Source: Dipteris shenzhenensis
Lineage: Eukaryota
DNA length: 64,000 bases
Strand: one strand, 5' to 3'
Assembly: GCA_047967505.1 (NCBI GenBank)
Contig: CM106538.1
Part shown: one piece after another, positions 44,760-58,859 of the stretch
Position numbering within the stretch: position 1 is the stretch's first letter
Layout: every line of letters starts with the position of its first letter
Notes under the pieces: generated by a model
Told to the model about the DNA's origin: nothing
Database searches by the model: none
The model's input: only the letters and a program-made list of their open reading frames with translations
Made by a program: the position numbers and the translations under genes

Positions 44760-47425
44760 AGAATAAGCTCATGCTTATGCTTATGCAGAAGTAGAGAATG
44801 AGAGAAGGTGGAAATAGAGAAGGGGGAAAGAGAGAAGCATAAGCATGAGCTTATGCGGAAATAGAGAATGAGAGAATGGGGAAATAGAGAAGGGGGAAAG
44901 AGAGAAGCATAAGCTCATGCTCATGCATAAGCTTAAGCATGAGCTTATGCTTATGCTTATGCTTCTGTCATTCTCTATTTCTGCATAAGCTCATGCATAA
45001 GCATAAGCATGAGCTTATGCTTATGAGAGCTTATGTGGAAATAGAGAATGAGAAGGGGGAAAGAGAGAAGCATAAGCATGAGCTTATGCGGAAATAGATA
45101 ATGAGAGAAGGGGAAAATAAGAGAAGCATAAGCATAAGCTTATGCGGAAATAGAGAATGAGAGAAGGGGGAAATAGAGAAGAGGGAAAGAGAGAAGCACA
45201 AGCATAAGCTTATGCGGAAATAGAGAATGAGAGAAGGGGGAAATAGAGAAGGGGGAAAGAGAGAAGCATAAGCATAAGCTTATGCGGAAATAGAGAATGA
45301 GCTTATGCGGAATGCTTCTCTCATTCTCTATTTCCGCATAAGCTCATGCATAAGCATAAGCTTATGCGGAAATAGAGAATGAGAGAAGGGGGAAATAGAG
45401 AAGGGGAAAGAGAGAAGCATAAGCATAAGCTTATGCGGAAATAGAGAATGAGAGAAGGGGGAAATAGAGAAGGGGGAAAGAGAGAAGCATAAGCATGAGC
45501 ATAAGCTCATGCTCATGCATGAGCTTATGCTTATGCTTATGCTTCTCTCATTTTCTATTTCCGCATAAGCTCATGCATAAGCATAAGCATGAGCTTATGC
45601 TTATGAGAGCTTATGTGGAAATAGAGAATGAGAAGGGGGAAAGAGAGAAGCATAAGCATGAGCTTATGCAGAAATAGAGAATGAGAGAAGGGGGAAATAA
45701 GAGAAGCATAAGCATAAGCTTATGTGGAAATAGAGAATGAGAGAAGGGGGAGATAGAGAAGAGGGAAAGAGAGAAGCATAAGCATAAGCTTATGCAGAAA
45801 TAGAGAATGAGAGAAGGGGGAACGAGAGAAGCATAAGCATGAGCTTATGCAGAAATAGAGAATGAGAGAAGGGGGAAATAGAGAATGAGATTATGCGGAA
45901 ATAGAGAATGAGAGAAGCAAAAGCATGAGTTATGCTTCTCTCATTCTCTATTTCTGCATAAGCTCATGCATAAGCAGAAGCTTATGTGGAAATAGAGAAT
46001 GAGAGAGGGGGGAAATAGAGAAGGGGAAAGAGAGAAGCATAAGCATGAGCTTATGCAGAAATAGAGAATGAGATAAGCATAAGCATGAGCTTATGCTTCT
46101 CTCATTCTCTATTTCCACATAAGCTAATGCATAAGCATAAGCTTATGCAGAAATAGAGAATGAGAGAAGGGGGAAATAGAGAAGGGGGAAAGAGAGAAGC
46201 ATAAGCATGAGCTTATGTGGAAATAGAGAATGAGCTTATGCAGAAATAGAGAATGAGAGAAGGGGGAAATAGAGAAGCGGGAACGAGAGAAGCATAAGCA
46301 TGAGCTTATGCGGAAATAGAGAATGAGAGAAGGATAAGCATGAGCTTATGCAGAAATAGAGAATGAGCTTATGCGGAAATAGAGAATGAGAGAAGCATAA
46401 GCATGAGCTTATGGTTCTCTCATTCTCTCATGCATAAGCATAAGCTTATGCGGAAATAGAGAATGAGCTTATGTGGAAATAGAGAACATTCTCTATTTCC
46501 GCATAAGCTCATGCATAAGCATAAGCTTATGCGGAAATAGAGAATGAGAGAAGGGGGAAATAGAGAAGAGGGAAAGAGAGAAGCATAAGCATGAGCTTAT
46601 GCGGAAATGGAGAATGAGCTTATGCGGAAATAGAGAATGAGAGAAGCATAAGCATGAGCTTATGCGGAAATAGAGAATGAGCTTATGCGGAAATAGAGAA
46701 TGAGAGAAGCATAAGCATGAATTCTCTATTTCTGCATAAGCTCATGCATAAGCATAAGCTTATGCAGAAATAGAGATTGAGTTTATGCGGAAGTAGAGAA
46801 TGAGAGAAGCATAAGCATGAGCTTATGCTTCTCTCATTCTCTATTTCCGCATAAGCTCATGCATAAGCATAAGCTTATGCGGAAATAGAGAATGAGAGAA
46901 GGGGGAAATAGAGAAGGGGGAAAGAGAGAAGCATAAGCATGAGCTTATGCAGAAATAGAGAATGAACTTATGCCAAAATAGAGAATGAGAGAAGCATAAG
47001 CATGAGCTTATGCTTCTCTCATTCTCTATTTCCGCATAAGCTCATGCATAAGCATAAGCTTATGCGGAAATAGAGAATGAGAGAAGGGGGGAATAGAGAA
47101 TGAGAGAAGGGGGAAATAGAGAAGAGGGAAAGAGAGAAGCATAAGCATGAGCTTATGTGGAAATAGAGAATAAGAGAAGGGGGAAATAGAAAAGGGGGAA
47201 AGAGAGAAGCATAAGCATGAGCATAAGCTCATGCTCATGCATGAGCATAAGCATGAGCTTATGCTTATGCTTATGCTTCTCTCATTCTCTATTTCCGCAT
47301 AAGCTCATGCATAAGCATTATGATAAGCATGAGCTCATGCATATGCATAAGCATAAGCTCATGCTTATGCTTATGCATGAGCTTATGCGGAAATAAAGAA
47401 TGAGAGAAGGGGGAAACTTAAGCAT
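44760..47425. repeat. Complex low-complexity satellite with inverted blocks
   Basis: Repeated GCATAAGCATGAGCTTATGCGGAAATAGAGAATGAGAGAAGGGGG units interleaved with their reverse complements. Confidence 0.92.
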
Positions 47426-47427
47426 AA

Positions 47428-47571
47428 GGAAACTGTCTTCTACTAAAATGTTGGAAGAGGTAGAGCAGGCCGATCTAGAGGCCATGGCAGAAATCAGAAT
47501 ATGCAGCAAATTCAAGAAAACCAGTCCTATGGAGGAGGACGTGGTAACCTTAGAGGCAGGGGGAGCCAAAG
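47428..47571 (+). pseudogene. Copia family B gag fragment
   Basis: Matches ~50884-51040 (GAAACTGTCTTCTACT...GGGAGCCAAAGA). Confidence 0.75.
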
Positions 47572-48114
47572 AACACCATATTAGAGAATTTGGAAAAATC
47601 CGAATAATTTGGAAACTTTTTAGGGGTTGTAATTATGTAACATTCAATGTTTTTCATTGATTTTTCCCATAGATTTGGCAGTCCATCCAAATCTCGCAAA
47701 TGTGCATGGTTTGCATCAACATAAATAAAATGTCAAATGTTGAGGTTTCGACCAATGCATGGTATTTTTTGAGGGGTTGCAATTACAATGCATTGAGTGC
47801 ACTCCATTGACTTTGTCCCTGGATTTGGCCATGTATATGAAACTCACAACTTGGAGTGTGCCTGTTCTGCATTAGCCAGGAAAAAAACATCATATGTTTG
47901 AGTTTAACGAAGCATTTTTTGCCTCTTCTTGAAAAAAGGTGGTGTTCAAAAACACCATTTTAGTTTAGTTGGAGAAAAAGTAAGAATGCAACACTAGTCC
48001 TGGATATTTTGTCGAGTGTGTAGAACTTGCAACCACAAAGCAATGGTCTGCAAAAAAAAAGATAAAGAAAAAAGATCAATGTCATACCTTCCAAATATTT
48101 GTCAGTATTCAATT

Positions 48115-48577
48115 ATTTCTATTCGTCAAATGGTTGAGCAGGGCTTGCAGATCAGATTTAATCTTCATGGATGCTTTGTTGAGGATATGAAAAATAAAGG
48201 TCGCTTGATAGAAAAAGGGAAGAAGAAGGGCAAGATGTTTACGTTGGATACGGACGTGCTTGAATTGAGTGTAGCAATGTTTGCACATGGGACTGGTGTA
48301 GTTGCAGATATTGATATCTGGCATAAACGCATTGGTCATGTTAATGTACAGCAACTTAAATTAATGCAAGCGCAAAATATTGTTGCAAGATTGCCCAAGT
48401 TTAAGGTTGCACAAATGCATAAGATATGTGAAGCCTGTCGATTTGGAAAACAGGCAAGGAAACCATTTCCTAGACATGTTCAAGAGAGTAAGAGGCCATT
48501 GGAATTAATCCACTCTGATGTGTGGACTACTAAAGCTACATCTATTGGAGGCTGTCATTATTTTGTCACTTTTATTT
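48115..48577 (+). pseudogene. Copia family B pre-integrase/integrase fragment
   Basis: QMVEQGLQ...WHKRIGH...CEAC...IHSDVW; ends where the LINE 3' end begins. Confidence 0.85.
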
Positions 48578-49356
48578 TCCGAAAAAACAGTGCTAATTAT
48601 ATTACTTCGAAAACAAGATACAAGAGGTCAGCATTGCAACTGATGGGCTGCGTTCACAAATCGGACGCAGCCCAAAAGGTAACAAAAAGTAAAGCTCTCT
48701 CTCACGGAGGGATCACGTGAGTGTGAATGAACAGCCAGAGAGGTGGTGAGTAGCGCCACTGAAGGCCCTATGAAGTATGCTCGAAGAAGAGGCCCTGTGT
48801 GTCCCAAACCCAGAGGAAACGTCTCCGCTTCTCCCGGTCGGCCCGGGAGTCTCCCTGTATTTGGTCCCACTGGCCTCTGAGGGTGTGTATAATCTCACTC
48901 CAGATGTCAGTCATGATCTGGGCAGTCGATAAGGAGGTGCCACCGAGGATCTGTGTGCAGCGCGAGGTCCAAATGTGCCATCCTGCAATGCTGCTAATAA
49001 TCTCCCAGACTGGTTGCCTCTCCTGATATCCTATGCCAACCTCTGCCAAGTGCGACGGAATGCTCTCGAGTAGCCCCCAGGTCCCCTGTGTGATAAGGAA
49101 TGCGGGGTCCTGCTGACATGCCTCGAACAAGTGATGAAAACTAGGTGCGGTGCTGCACTAGCAGAACGTGCCCCAAGTAATCAAACCTAGCTCCGGTGCT
49201 GTGTGAGTAAGGATCTCGAAGGTCCACCTCCACACTTCCTGGGCACGAGTGCAGCTCCATAGGCAGTGTTTTGGTGACTCCTCGTCCTCATGACAGATCT
49301 GACAACATTCGTCCTGGCCTATTTGCTGCAACGAGCTCCCCACTAGAAGACCTTTG

Positions 49357-52300
49357 TGTTGAGATATCGAGCTCCACTCGCGATATGCCAGGGTGACCGT
49401 TATGCATTTATGTCACCGACTTGTTAGCTATAGATGCAGTTGGTACACCGCCCACGAATAATAGCTGGATGATAGCTATCCTTATCTACACTAGTTCGTG
49501 GCTCAGTTAGTATGCCACCTTAGTTAGTTGAGTTTGGTTTGAGACCCACATATAGGGTTCTTCTATTTCTTTGTACTTGAGTTCTTTTGGCTTTCACAAC
49601 TAAGAAGAGGAAAACTATTTTCAGCCTCCACCTTTGTGTGTATTCCCCCATTGTGATTGTGAGAAAGCCTCAAGTGAGACTCCTTCCCTCTCTCCCACTA
49701 TCTTCACATGGTATCAGAGCCTTGTTCGTGGTAAGGAGCTCAAGAAAGCAAGCCAAGTTCGTGGTGTCCTGGTAAGAGAACCAGTGTTGCTTTCCTATTC
49801 TGAGTTTGGGAGCAAATCTCTGCAGGTAGCATAGCCAGAAGTGTAAGAGTGCACTGTCTCAGATTGAGACGCCCTTCGTGGTGTGGCGAGAGTGCAGTAT
49901 ATGCTGCGAGAGAGGGCGAAGTCCTTGGTGAATTTAATTTTTTGATTCGAGGCCATTTCCGGGCCCGTTTTGAAGGCGAAAGTTCTTCGCAGGCACTCAG
50001 AAAAAGGCCCTATTTTTGCTGTGTGACCACTGCGCGGCTAGTCGGTGAAAAGTTGCCGCAGAAATTGCATCGTATGCTTGTGTGCAGAGATATTGGGAGT
50101 TGCAAATTCATGCTTCTTGCCTGTTGATGCAAAATCGTCACTAGGAAGTGACTATGTGGTGAAATACCACTTTCATCAGTTTTGCAGATTTGCCCGTGTG
50201 AGGCAAAAGGTGTGTTTTTTGCAATGACAGAATATTTTGCAGTGTTCTGTAATGGCATCTGATTCTCTTTCATAGATTGTCACTGAAAAGCTTGACAAGA
50301 ACAACTTCCAGGCATGGAAGTTTAGAATGACGAATTTCTTGATGGGAAAAGGCTATTGGGAGTTCATTACAGGAAATGAAGAAGAACCTGTTCTTCCTAA
50401 TGTTCCCAGTCAACAGGAAATGTAGGCATTCAAAGGATGGCATGAGAGAGCCAAGAAAGTTATGTACTGGTTGTCTATCAGTATTTCGGACTCCATGATT
50501 GTGCATATTCAAGATGCAAGTACGCCAAAGGAGGCATGGGATAGTTTGGCAAAAATGTACAGCACAAATACGCGGGCTCTACGTAGGCCAGGAAAATGCA
50601 GCTCAAGCAGGAGCTGCACAATGTGCAGAGAGAAAATATGAGCATCAATGACTACCACATGAAGGTGAAGAAAATTGCGGATGCACTTGCTTCCATTAGG
50701 TCGCCAGTGGATGATGACGATTTAGTTTCTGTGACCTTGAATGGTCTAGGAAAGGATTATGCACAGTTCCGGACATCCATTGCCGTCCGTGAAAAATTTC
50801 CTGATTTTGAGGAGTTGATTACTCTTCTAATTTCTGAAGAGCAAAGAAATGGTGGTGCATCTTCTTCAGGAGGAACTTCAAAAGAAACTGTCTTCTACTC
50901 AAATGCTGGAAGGGGTAGAGGCAGAGGTAGACGAGGCCGATCTAGAGGCCGTGGTAGAAATCAAAATATGCAGCAAACACAAGAAAACCAGTCCTATGCA
51001 GGAGGATGTGGTAACTCTAGAGGCAGGGGGAGCCAAAGAGGCCGTGGTGGATGGCAGAGAGGCCAAAATGCAAACAACAATGTTGAATGCTACTATTGTG
51101 GCAACATGGGTCATATGGCTAAGGACTGCAATAAAAAGTATAATGACATTATGAATGGAAAATTGCAGCAAGGCAATTATGCATCCTCTAGTAGGCAGGT
51201 TGATGACAGAAATGAGCATCTATTTATGGTGCAGCATATGACCAATTCTGTGACAAGTGTAGAAGAACGAAATGATGTGTGGTATGTTGACTCAAGTGCA
51301 TCAAACCACATGATAGGTCATGCAGAATGGATGCAAGATGCAAGGAAAATGGAAAAGCCAGGATTTGTGGAGACTGGTGATGATACTGCACATCCTATTG
51401 TGCAGATTGGTAAAATTCCTTTGTCTATGCAGGATGGGAAAAAAAAAAACCTGTCTGATGTATTTCATGTCCCGAACATCACCAAGAACTTGGTTTCTGT
51501 TGGTCAAATGGTTGAGCAGGGCTTGTAGGTTAGAATTAATCCTCATGGATGCTTTGTTGAGGATATGAAAAATAACGGTCGCTTGATAGAAAAAGGAAAG
51601 AAGAAGGGCAGGATGTTTACGTTGGATGCGGACATGCCTCTCGAGGGGGTCACTATGTATAAACCCTCTATACCACGTGCGTTCAAGGCCTATTTCTAAA
51701 ATCCCTTATCTGTAAATTTTTCATTAATACAATGTACCCCTTTTCTATACAAATCTTTAAATTTTTCCCAAAACTATTTTAAATAGTCCCTTATGTATAT
51801 TAATTTCTGTAAATTTTAGAAATAAAAAATATCCTTTTGTTGAACTCACGTGATAGGGTTACATATGATGAGTGACCCCCCCGAGACATGCCTGAATCGA
51901 GTGCAGCAATGTTTCCACATGGGACCGATGTAGTTGCAGATATTGATATCTGGCATAAACGCATTGGTCATGTTAATATACAGGGACTTAAATTAATGCA
52001 AGCCCAAAATATTGTTGCAGGATTGCCTAAATTCAAGGTTGCAGAAATGCACAAGGTTTGTGAAGCCTGTCAATTTGGGAAACAGGCAAGGAAACCTTTT
52101 CCTAGGCATGTTCAAGAGAGTAAAAAGCCATTGGAATTAATCCACTCTGATGTGTGGACTACTAAAGCTGCATCTATTGGAGACTGTCACTATTTTGTCA
52201 CATTTATTGATGACTTCAGCAGAAAACTTTGGGTGTATTTTATGAAAAAGAAAAGTGAAGTGTTTGGGCACTTCAAAGCTTTCAAAGCTATGGTTGAAAA

Positions 52301-54625
52301 AGAAATAGGCCTGCAAATAAAATGCCTAAGGTCAGATGGAGGGGGAGAGTACCTCTCAAATGAGTTTGCAAGGTTCTTGCAGGAGCATGGTATAAAGCAG
52401 CAATATTCATGCAGTCATACCCCACAGCAAAATAGAATTGCAAAAAGGAAAAATAGGCATATTGGAGAGGTATCTCGGGCTATGCTAAATGAAAAAGATC
52501 TACCAGATTATTATTGGGCTGAAGCAGTTGCTATAGCAGTTTATATAATGAACAGGACTCCCACTGCAGCAATACATGGCATGACACCAGAGGAGATGTA
52601 TACTGGTAGGAAACCAGATATTTCTCATTTGAAAATTTTTGGTTGCATTGCCTATGTCCATGTGCCAGATGAGTTGAGGTCCAAGTTGGATCCAAAAGCT
52701 GAGAAGTGCATCTTTATTGGTTATTCTCTGCAGCAAAAAGGTATAGATGCTATAACCCTTCTACATGTAAGTTCACAGTGAGCAGAGATGTTGTTTTTGA
52801 TGAGATGAGTAGCTGGTATAAAAACCAGTAAATGTGATGATTGATGTAGATGCATAAAATGGTAATGCTACACAGAATTCACAGCAGTAATCACAAAATA
52901 TTAGTGGACCTGGAGTGTCCTCTAGCAGTGGTTCACATACTTCGCCATGGACAAGCAGATTGAGATCAGGAAAATCTCCTCAAAGCAATGTAGAGAGTGG
53001 TATGCAGGTATCACGAAAAGGAAAAGAGAAGGTAGATCAGCCCATGTTTGATGTGAATGCAGGTCACTCTTGTGTGGATGGTGAATCCAGTGGATCTGAA
53101 CAGAGCATTGATGATGAGTTGGGTATTCCCTCTGTTGTTACACCTGGGGTAAGGAAGACCAGGGATGTTTTGAGAGCACTTGGAAGTGAGCCTATTTTGT
53201 GCAGGTCTACCAGGGTTAGGTATCCTATGTATAGGCTGAAGGCAGATTTCTCACTCTATGTGAAAAAAACAGAGAACGGGATTATGCTGCTTGTCATTTA
53301 TGTTGATGATTTGATCTTCACACGTGATAGTGATGAAGATATCCTTCATGTGAAAATGCTATTGAGGCAGAAGTTTGAGATGAAGGATTTGGGAGAGCTG
53401 CGTTATTTCTTGGGCATTGAGGTGATTAGATCACCAAGTGGGATACAGCTCTTGCAGAGGCATCTTGCAGAGGCAGTATGGACTGGACATGCTGTCCAAA
53501 TATGGGATGACAGGCTGTAAGCCTATTTCAGTTCCTTTGGAGCAGAATGTGAAGCTGAGCGCAGATGCAGGTGAGCTTCTGGAAGACGCTACTATGTACA
53601 GACACATAGTAGGAAGTTTGATTTACATGACTATTACCAGGCCAGATTTGAGCTATGTTGTTGGGTTGGTAAGTCGGTTTATGCAGGCTCCAAGGAAACC
53701 GCATTTGGATGCGGCTAGACGCATACTCAGGTATGTGAAGTCCACATTGCAGTATGGACTATTTTATGAGGCTGGGGTTCAGATACAGTTGCATGGATAC
53801 ACTGATGCTGATTGGGCTGGTAGTATTTCTGATAGACGCTCTACCAGTGGATATGTAATCTCTTTTGGGAGTGCTGCAGTCACTTGGAGCAGCAAGGAAC
53901 AGCCTACAGTTGCCTTGTCAAGCACAAAGGCTAAGTACGGGGGTGTAGCAATGGCTGCATGTGAGGTAGCTTGGTTGCATAAGCTACTCTATGATATGCA
54001 TCAATCTACAGATGGGCCAGTTGTCATTTATTGTGACAACATGAGCAGCATACACTTGGCAAAGAACCCAGTCTTTCATGCTAGAAGAAAGCACATTGAG
54101 GTGCATTATCACTATGTGCGGGAGAAGGTTTTACTAGGTCTTATTGATCTAGTTTATGTCAGCACAGAGGATCAGGTAGCTGACATATTCACGAAAGCAT
54201 TGGGCACAGAGAAGCTGCACAAGTTCAGAGACTTGCTTGGTGTGCAGGAATTGGGATTGAGCTCGAGGGGGAGTGTTGAGATTTCGAGCTCCACTCGCGA
54301 TATGCCAGGGTGACCGTTGTGCATTTATGTCACTTACTTGTTAGCTACAGATGCGGTTGGTACACCGCCCACGAATAATAGCTGGATGACAGCTATCCTT
54401 ATCTACACTAGTTCGTGGCTCAGTTAGTATGCCACCTTAGTTAGTTGAGTTTGGTTTGAGACCCACATATAGGGTTCTTCTATTTCTTTGTACTTGAGTT
54501 CTTTTGGCTTTCATAACTAAGAAGAGGAAAACTGTTTTCAGCCTCCACCTTTGTGTGTATTCCCCCATTGTGATTGTGAGAAAGCCTCAAGTGAGACTCC
54601 TTCCCTCTCTCCCACTATCTTCACA
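49357..54625 (+). mobile_element. Ty1/Copia family B with both LTRs, an internal RT deletion and a nested MITE
   Basis: 352-bp LTRs at 49357-49708 and 54274-54625 with several mismatches; PBS-iMet; TSD CTTTG; deletion junction near 53240. Confidence 0.95.
51640..51885 (+). mobile_element. MITE copy 2
   Basis: Same TIRs and interior as copy 1; TSD ACATGCCT at 51632-51639 and 51886-51893. Confidence 0.92.
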
Positions 54626-55634
54626 CTTTGTGGGCGAGAAGCCATAGGAAGTAGGAGATCTTCCGCGGCTGCCAGCTCTCCCACAAGGCCTTCGAGAAGG
54701 CCTGCAAAAATAACTTGGAAATACCCTGAGCATACCAATTGGGCCGCTGGATGGGAGGGCGGCTCTGCATCCTCCTGAGAACTCGCCTGCCCAATGTCGT
54801 GCTGTAGGCAAAGAAAGAGGTCGGCCCATGACCTGTCACAATCTCTGGCCATCTCCACTCTCCTGGGTCCCAATCAAGCTCTGACAAGGCCCGCCCCTCC
54901 CAGAGCCAGAGTCGCCAAAGCTGCAGCTGTGATCCTGCTCTATGCTAGGATCAGTCCGTCAAACCTTCCCCACGAGGCCTACGACTCGAACCCTCTGCCA
55001 TGGGAGTAGGGGGTCGATGTGCACATGCTCTCTCCTGAGTCGGCCGTCCCCCATAACCACGAAGAAGGAAACAGAGGAGTCATCCATCCGACCTGCAACC
55101 ACCAGTGGGATGCCACGGGGGGTGAACTGTCCCAGCCAACGGTCATCACCAGGCATGAGGATCTGAAACTCAGGTGGAACCAACCAATCAGCTAGAATCG
55201 CTCCGTCTATCTCCGTACATCTCGCCTGAGCTCCACGGGCACCTCCAGCTGCGTCTGCAAGATCAGCGGTCTCCAAATGTCTGTACGTGTCCCTCCAAGC
55301 TCGAAGGGACCGGGTTGGCCCCCGCATCTAGCCGTCCCACCTGATGTGTGATCTCTCCCCCAGCTGAAGGCCCTCGGCATCTCTGACTTGATCGTTCCAG
55401 ATAAGCGGCTGGCGATCGATCTCCTCCTGACAGCTAGGAGGGGACTGAATGAGACTGAGGCGGAGCCGCCTCCAAACCATGAGGAGGCTACGAACGAGTG
55501 GGGAGCGGGGCTGAGTGAGCGGGGCAGAAGTGAAGATCCACCTGAGGGATGGTAGCCACTCTCCACCTCGGCACGGGACATAAGAACCGACCCCCTGCTG
55601 AAGTAACATCTTCCACGTTTGCCCCCCCGGGGTT

Positions 55635-57764
55635 TGTTGGGATATCTCAAGGTGTATGCCTCAGGCACACCTTATGTTTCTATTTGTGAGTGCTAGAGGC
55701 ACAGTTAGGTGCCCACAAGCACAGTTAGGTGGTGGAGAGCCACATAGGATGATTGAGAGAATCTAGGAGCAGATTGAGGAGATGATTGTGGAGCTTTGAG
55801 GTCATCAGTGATGTCAGTGACCTTGTATGAGGTGCCTACTTAAGGACCTCTCTTTTCTTCATTCCATAAGCAAGTATTCTGATTTTGTGACCACTCTACT
55901 CTTTCCTTTCAGTGTTCCAACATGGTATCAGAGCAATTTGATCCTCCTTGAGTCCTAGTTAGGTGCCACATCATCATCTTCTTCTTCACCTTCATCTTCC
56001 ACCTTCCCTTCCAAAGTCGATTTTCGAAGTGAAAGTTCTCTTCAAACCTGCATTCTCAGCATCTCATCCTTCAGGAGAGTCTTCTCAAGGGCAGGGCGAA
56101 TCTGCAGAACGAGCTACACGAGTTATCTCGCCATCTTCTGGGCGGCATTGTCTCAAGAAGCCGTGACGATCTTTTTCCTGGTTCTCATTGTGGAGAGCTA
56201 CATTGTCTATTTCCTTTCAGAGGGAGCTGGCCAACATCACGACCTCCCTGTTTCATCAAGTCTGAGCTCTTTTGGAGCAGTATTCGGGTAGTTCTTGTCA
56301 AAAAACCAGTCCATATTTCCTCTACAATGCTGGGCGACGTGGCCGTTTTCTGCGCGATTCCTTTCTGAGGGAGAAGCTCTACCTATTTACCTTCCTCTTC
56401 AGTATAAAAGCCCTCTGAATTCCGACCTTTGCATAACGATTTGAAGCAGATTTCTGAGCTGCCTCTTTGGCCATGAAAGCTTGACTATGCAACTCTAAGT
56501 TTGACCTTGGACAATCAAAGTTTGACTGATAGTTTGACCAAGATTTATTTTTAGTCTGCTATGCTCATTTTTCTAGCATCTACGTGGTCATTTCTTTCTT
56601 CGACATCTTGCATTTCAAGATTGTTACTCTTTGAAAGGATTACTTTTTATTGCTTATATTTCACCTGTAAGAGAGAAGACACTACCCAATACTTGGGGTA
56701 GAGCCTCTCATGGCTTGCTTATGCAAAATATGTGAAAAGCCAAAACATAAAGCAATGTCTTGTTATGCTACAAAGGATGAAAATGCCAACCTGACTTCCT
56801 TGTTGAAGATTGCCAAAACAATGGTTGCCAAAAAGGAAGCAACTACAGAGATCTACCCTCTCATGGCACTTTTATTTGACTCCAAGTACAAGAAAAAGAT
56901 GAAGGTCAGATACCTAAGACATGCTTCTCTACACAACTATGGAGATGACAAGATAATTGTTCTCTTGAAGGATATGACTTTCAGATCCACTTGTTCTATC
57001 ATAGTACCATCTTATAAGGCACTAGACAATGCCCATGTGGTAAGACCTTGCCTTGACATGGATATTTTGCCTCCACAAGATGAGGCATCCCATGAAGATT
57101 ATGCATTTTAAAACATCTCTATGTATGCTCCAGATCTCTCTTTTTATGTCAAGGTACTCAGCCTGGATAGTCCTCCAAAATGAATGAAAATAAACTATTG
57201 TGTTTTGTAAACACCTCTGGTCACCTTATGATGTAGGCCATGTGTATGTTTTGCTCCATGGTACCTCTTGCAGACATTGTGTGCATGTACATGCAGGGGA
57301 GATAACCATTGGAAGGCCTTTTGTATCCCTTTTTGTTTACCTTACACCCAACAGAACCCTTGCTAGCATGGGAACCTAGCCATAGATTTACCCTTGACCA
57401 CCATGAGATGGCATGAGAAACTATGAGACTAGATGTATCCTTGACATAGCCTGAGGCATTTCCTTGAGGGGGGGTTTGTTGGGATATCTCAAGGTGTATG
57501 CCTCAGGCACACCTTATGTTTCTATGTGTGAGTGCTAGAGGCACAGTTAGGTGCCCACAAGCACAGTTAGGTGGTGGAGAGCCACATAGGATGATTGAGA
57601 GAATCTAGGAGCAGATTGAGGAGATGATTGTGGAGCTTTGAGGTCATCAGTGATGTCAGTGACCTTGTATGAGGTGCCTACTTAAGGACCTCTCTTTTCT
57701 TCATTCCATAAGCAAGTATTCTGATTTTGTGACCACTCTACTCTTTCCTTTCAGTGTTCCAATA
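55635..57764 (+). mobile_element. Non-autonomous LTR element (2130 bp) sharing LTRs with 18076-20715
   Basis: 288-bp LTRs at 55635-55922 and 57477-57764; PBS-iMet; PPT; TSD GGGTT/GGGTC. Confidence 0.92.
56710..57111 (+). CDS. 133-aa ORF with one CCHC knuckle, ending in the same PPQDEASxEDYAF tail as the Gag at 19221-20051
   Basis: CKICEKPKHKAMSC; shared ATG context CCTCTCATGGCT and shared C-terminus. Confidence 0.55.
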   Translation: MACLCKICEKPKHKAMSCYATKDENANLTSLLKIAKTMVAKKEATTEIYPLMALLFDSKYKKKMKVRYLRHASLHNYGDDKIIVLLKDMTFRSTCSIIVPSYKALDNAHVVRPCLDMDILPPQDEASHEDYAF

Positions 57765-58612
57765 GGGTCAAACTGTAGATAACTAGCTTGCCCAGCAGGG
57801 CCTGACTCTGAAGCTCTAGATCGATGACGCCCACGCCACCCTCAGCCTATGGAAGAATGACTGTCTGCCAAGCAACCCTAGCTCTGGTATCTCTGAGACC
57901 ATCCCCCCCAGACCATAGGAAGTTCCAAACCAACCTCCTACGCTGTGCCATGCTGGATCTCGAGAAACACCAACAGGAAGCCACATACCAAGCTGTGGCT
58001 AGGAGGACTTGGTTGACTACCAGAGCATGACCTACAAGGGAGAGCTTAGCAGTGCTCCAGAAAGCCAACTTCTGTCGAATGGAATCTAGCACCGAGAGAA
58101 ACTGCTGAGCTGGCGTGATATCCAGGCCGACCTGAAAGCCGAGATATCTAGCTGTCTGTCCCCGCGGGATCCACCTAAAACCCAAAAACCTCCCCCACGA
58201 GCACGCCCCGAGGTTTGTGAGAAAACCAACTGATTTGTTCCACTTGATTTTCGCACCGGCTGCCGAACAGAAGACCTCTAGGGCCATCCTCACCCTCTCC
58301 AGCATCATCTCATCATCCTGGACAAACAGTGCTATGTCATCCGCATACTCCGAGTCCAGGAGCTCCGTGTCCTCCTTGAGGGGAAGGCGAACACCCCGGA
58401 TCCCGGTAGACCTCGCCCGAAGGTAGTATGTCATAGCCTCGGTGAAGAAGAGAAACAAGTAAGGAGCAAGGGGGCAGCCCTGACGCACTGATCTCTCCAA
58501 ACAAAAACGCTCTCCCATCCTGCCGCCAATGATGACCCTGCTAGAAGCTGTCCTGTATAACACTAAAATACCCTAAATCCATCCTGTTGGGAAACCTAGT
58601 CGCTCCAGAGTC

Positions 58613-58859
58613 CTCGGGGGGGTCACTCATCATATGTAACCCTATCACGTGAGTTCAACAGAAGGATTTTTTTAATTTCTAAAATTTACAGAAATAAATA
58701 TACATAAGGGACTATTTAAAATAGTTTTGGAAAAAATTTACAGATTTGTATAGAAAAGGGGTACATTTTATTAATGAAATTTTTTACAGATAAGGGACTT
58801 TAAATATAGGCCTTGAACGCACGTGATATAGAGGGTTTATAGATAGTGACCCCCCCGAG
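58613..58859 (-). mobile_element. MITE copy 3 (inverted)
   Basis: Same TIRs; TSD CCAGAGTC at 58605-58612 and 58860-58867; interrupts the LINE RT. Confidence 0.92.

Larger units (their letters stand above)
42558..47425 (-). mobile_element. CACTA (En/Spm) DNA transposon, one end visible
   Basis: CACTACAAG terminus at 42558 interrupts a Copia. Subterminal direct and inverted CGCTATA(T)AGCGAC repeats lie at ~42637-42780. An ORF2-like gene is on the minus strand. The other end was not found. Confidence 0.8.

Noticed and set aside
45328-47238. Short ORFs in the satellite
   Set aside because: Low-complexity repeat translations
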